A stretch of DNA of 64,000 nucleotides, taken from assembly GCA_045111995.1 (NCBI GenBank), contig JBGUHI010000034.1, forward strand, positions 66,308 through 130,307. Reading direction: 5' to 3'. Both the position numbers and the translations under genes were made by a program. The notes under the pieces are model-generated. The model saw only the letters and a program-made list of their open reading frames with translations. It ran no database searches and was not told the DNA's origin. Position 1 is the first letter of the stretch. Every line of letters starts with the position of its first letter. This stretch comes from Candidatus Limimorpha sp. (GTDB taxonomy: Bacteria > Bacteroidota > Bacteroidia > Bacteroidales > F082). This document shows, piece after piece, positions 61,775 through 64,000 of the stretch.

Positions 61775-63082
61775 CTAATACCCATACTTCTCCTTCCACT
61801 TGTCGCGCAGGTTCTTGCGCAGTTCGCGTTCACGAGGGTTATCTTGTGGCTCATACAAAACCGTGCCAGAAATTTCGGCTGGCAGAAATTCCTGTTCCAC
61901 AAAATTGCCTGAATAGGCGTGGGCATATTTGTAGCCATCGCTATAGCCAAGGTCTTTCATCAGTTTGGTCGGGGCGTTACGCAGGTGCAAGGGCACCGAC
62001 AAATCGCCGGTTTCGCGCACGAGGGCTTGTGCCGCGTCGATGGCGGCCACGGCGGCGTTGCTCTTGGGCGACGAGGCCAAATAAGTGACCGTCTGCGCCA
62101 AGATGATGCGGCTCTCCGGCCATCCGATTTTGTTCACCGCATCGAAGCAGGCGTTGGCGAGCAACAAGGCGTTGGGATTGGCATTGCCGATGTCCTCGGA
62201 TGATAGAATCAGCATACGGCGGGCGATGAAAAGCGGGTCCTCCCCTGCCTCAATCATGCGGGCGAGATAGTACAAGGCCGCGTTGGGGTCGCTGCCACGC
62301 ATCGACTTGATGAAGGCCGAAATGATGTCGTAGTGCATCTCGCCCTGCTTGTCATATTTCACGAGGTTACTCTGGATGCAGTCGGTGGTGAAATCGTTGG
62401 TGATGACGAGTTCCTCGGCGGTTTCGTCCAAGTCGTTCAAAGAGGTAACAACCAATTCGGTGGCATTCAACAACTTGCGCCCGTCTCCGCCGCTGATTTG
62501 CATCAAAGCCTCAGGCTCCTTGACGGTGATTTTCTTGCCGAAATCGTATTCCAAAGCCTTCACGGCCTTGGCCAGAAGAATCTCCAAATCCTCTTTTTCC
62601 AGCGACTTGAGCACATACACTTGACAACGCGACAGCAAAGGCGAAATGACCTCGAAACTTGGATTCTCCGTCGTCGCGCCAATCAGCGTGACCAAACCGC
62701 GCTCCACGGCACCCAGCAACGAGTCCTGCTGCGACTTGCTGAAACGGTGGATTTCGTCTATAAATAATATAGGTGCTTCGGGTGCCATGCGCGCACGGTC
62801 GATGACTTCACGCACTTCCTTCACACCGCTACTGACGGCGCTCAGTTGGAAAAACTGCCGTTTCACCTGCTTGGAGATGATGAAAGCCAAGGTGGTCTTA
62901 CCCACGCCAGGCGGTCCCCAGAAAATCATGGACGGCACGCGCCCGCTTTCGATGGCACGGCGCAGCACGGCGTTTTCGCCGATGATGTGCTTCTGCCCGA
63001 TGTAATCGTCAAGCGAAGTCGGGCGCAGGCGTTCCGCTAATGGGATGGTTGATTGCATTACCATAATGTTTTCGGGAAACAA
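61775..63082 (-). CDS. rarA: Replication-associated recombination protein A (RarA/MgsA AAA+ ATPase)
   Basis: PLAERLRP, a GQ.H-type block (IGQKHIIG), the Walker A motif GPPGVGKTTLA, FIDEIHRF, GATTENPSFE, and the C-terminal MgsA_C region. An alternative start, MQSTIPL, lies at 63058. Confidence 0.9.
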   Translation of the reverse strand: MFPENIMVMQSTIPLAERLRPTSLDDYIGQKHIIGENAVLRRAIESGRVPSMIFWGPPGVGKTTLAFIISKQVKRQFFQLSAVSSGVKEVREVIDRARMAPEAPILFIDEIHRFSKSQQDSLLGAVERGLVTLIGATTENPSFEVISPLLSRCQVYVLKSLEKEDLEILLAKAVKALEYDFGKKITVKEPEALMQISGGDGRKLLNATELVVTSLNDLDETAEELVITNDFTTDCIQSNLVKYDKQGEMHYDIISAFIKSMRGSDPNAALYYLARMIEAGEDPLFIARRMLILSSEDIGNANPNALLLANACFDAVNKIGWPESRIILAQTVTYLASSPKSNAAVAAIDAAQALVRETGDLSVPLHLRNAPTKLMKDLGYSDGYKYAHAYSGNFVEQEFLPAEISGTVLYEPQDNPRERELRKNLRDKWKEKYGY

Positions 63083-63955
63083 TTACTTTTTGTTGTATTC
63101 TTTTCTATATTTTCTTTGGATAAAACTCCTATTCCACTCTATAGAGTAATCATACCCGACCTTGAAGCCTGTATTGGGAAGATACTTTTTCAACAATTCC
63201 AGCGGAGCATTCTCTGATTCATTCAACAACACATAGACGGAATCCACCTGAACTTCTTCCCATGAATCCGGCATTTCGATATTCAAAGGCTGCCAATCAG
63301 GTCCAACAACTATTGGCTTGTACCATAAATCATCTTCATGACCTATAATCTTAGCATCAAGGTACAACAGTTTGACATGTCTCAATCCTTCTATTTGTTC
63401 AAAAACATTGCCATTTTCTATTTTAGCAATCCAACCGTCCCCAATATTGAAATACCAAGCATTATCTAATGTGACATCATCAAAATGTTGCAACAGAATA
63501 CGCCGTTGTTCCTCGCTTATTTTTCCCTTTACCCTCAACTGTTCGATGTTCAAATCCCAAAACCAATCGGGGAAATAGGGTTTTTCTCTAAAATCGATCT
63601 CAAGCTCCCGAATAGGAATGGTATCGAATTGTCGCAAGGCAACAGGAAAATTCTGGACAAAACGCAAGGAATAGCCGTCCTCATTTTCCTTTTTCAGTTT
63701 TTGAAACTCGTTACCGATATCCTTCACTCGGACCATCCAACCTAACTTTGGTGTTAGCAAATAGTTTTTGTTGTTTTGTGCTAGTCCAACAAAACCAGCC
63801 CATAATTCCACAGGCGTATCCTCTCCTGTCATCATGTTGAACACTCTGGCATCCACCTTAACCATCTCATCCGGCAAACGATCAATATTGTCCAAATACA
63901 GCGTATCCAACGGCAGCCTTTTTTCATAACGATCATATGGGAAAAACTTGGCCAT
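63083..63955 (-). CDS. Hypothetical protein (>=290 aa), AT-rich; the frame stays open upstream to the window end
   Basis: ORF from the track. The 45 nt upstream (63956-64000) continue in frame without a stop (..TKKAYGSPECLDGW-MAKFF..), so the true start may lie outside the window. No motif recognised. Confidence 0.5.
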   Translation of the reverse strand: MAKFFPYDRYEKRLPLDTLYLDNIDRLPDEMVKVDARVFNMMTGEDTPVELWAGFVGLAQNNKNYLLTPKLGWMVRVKDIGNEFQKLKKENEDGYSLRFVQNFPVALRQFDTIPIRELEIDFREKPYFPDWFWDLNIEQLRVKGKISEEQRRILLQHFDDVTLDNAWYFNIGDGWIAKIENGNVFEQIEGLRHVKLLYLDAKIIGHEDDLWYKPIVVGPDWQPLNIEMPDSWEEVQVDSVYVLLNESENAPLELLKKYLPNTGFKVGYDYSIEWNRSFIQRKYRKEYNKK

Positions 63956-64000
63956 CCAACCATCGAGGCATTCCGGACTGCCATACGCTTTCTTGGTATG

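Overview
This 64 kb window looks like chromosomal DNA from a Bacteroidota (Bacteroidales, Prevotella-like) genome. That is an inference from three things: T9SS C-terminal sorting domains, BspA-type leucine-rich-repeat cargo, and many TAnnTTTG -7 promoter boxes with no Shine-Dalgarno sites. About 46 protein genes and 2 tRNAs are packed tightly. In order they include:
- an NhaC-type antiporter fragment, YegP, and a LytTR two-component pair;
- a TolC/adaptor/RND efflux operon, interrupted by a four-helix-bundle (23S-IVS/Avd-like) ORF and ending in a small P-II-like gene;
- a lower-GC block carrying a DUF4143 AAA+ ATPase, a small Fe-S-like protein and a 1624-aa exonuclease-RecQ-UvrD fusion;
- ABC-F, VOC, galM and a 5'-nucleotidase;
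- a hybrid histidine kinase and a sigma-54 activator;
- DUF47-PiT-DUF47, pncB, and topoisomerase III;
- two tandem CPA2 antiporters, an acyl-CoA ligase, a PPTase and arcC;
- a T9SS cargo cluster (632-aa protein plus 1422-aa LRR protein);
- a Ca2+ P-type ATPase, a TerB-like protein, pepE, tRNA-Arg(ACG) and tRNA-Glu(CUC), an EcsC-like protein and rarA.

I found no rRNA, CRISPR array, transposase or integrase.

The most unusual signal is non-coding. At least five loci carry tandem arrays with a strict 7-nt period, in three sequence families: NNTCAGC / its complement GCTRANN, GATTTC-like, and A(C/T)ACCTC. They sit immediately 3' of stop codons. Some form two inverted arms, one has 27 copies, and one pair brackets the four-helix-bundle ORF the way an rRNA intervening sequence is bracketed.

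Other items worth follow-up:
- the exonuclease-RecQ-UvrD triple fusion inside the low-GC block;
- a sharp GC break inside the LRR gene;
- an unannotated ~85-aa module present three times in the two T9SS cargo proteins;
- a small secreted protein with a sortase/exosortase-like C-terminal tripartite signal;
- a ~300-nt structured leader upstream of the LRR gene;
- a 37-nt-period hairpin repeat upstream of the EcsC-like gene.

All functional calls come from by-eye motif recognition on the supplied translations. No database search was run.
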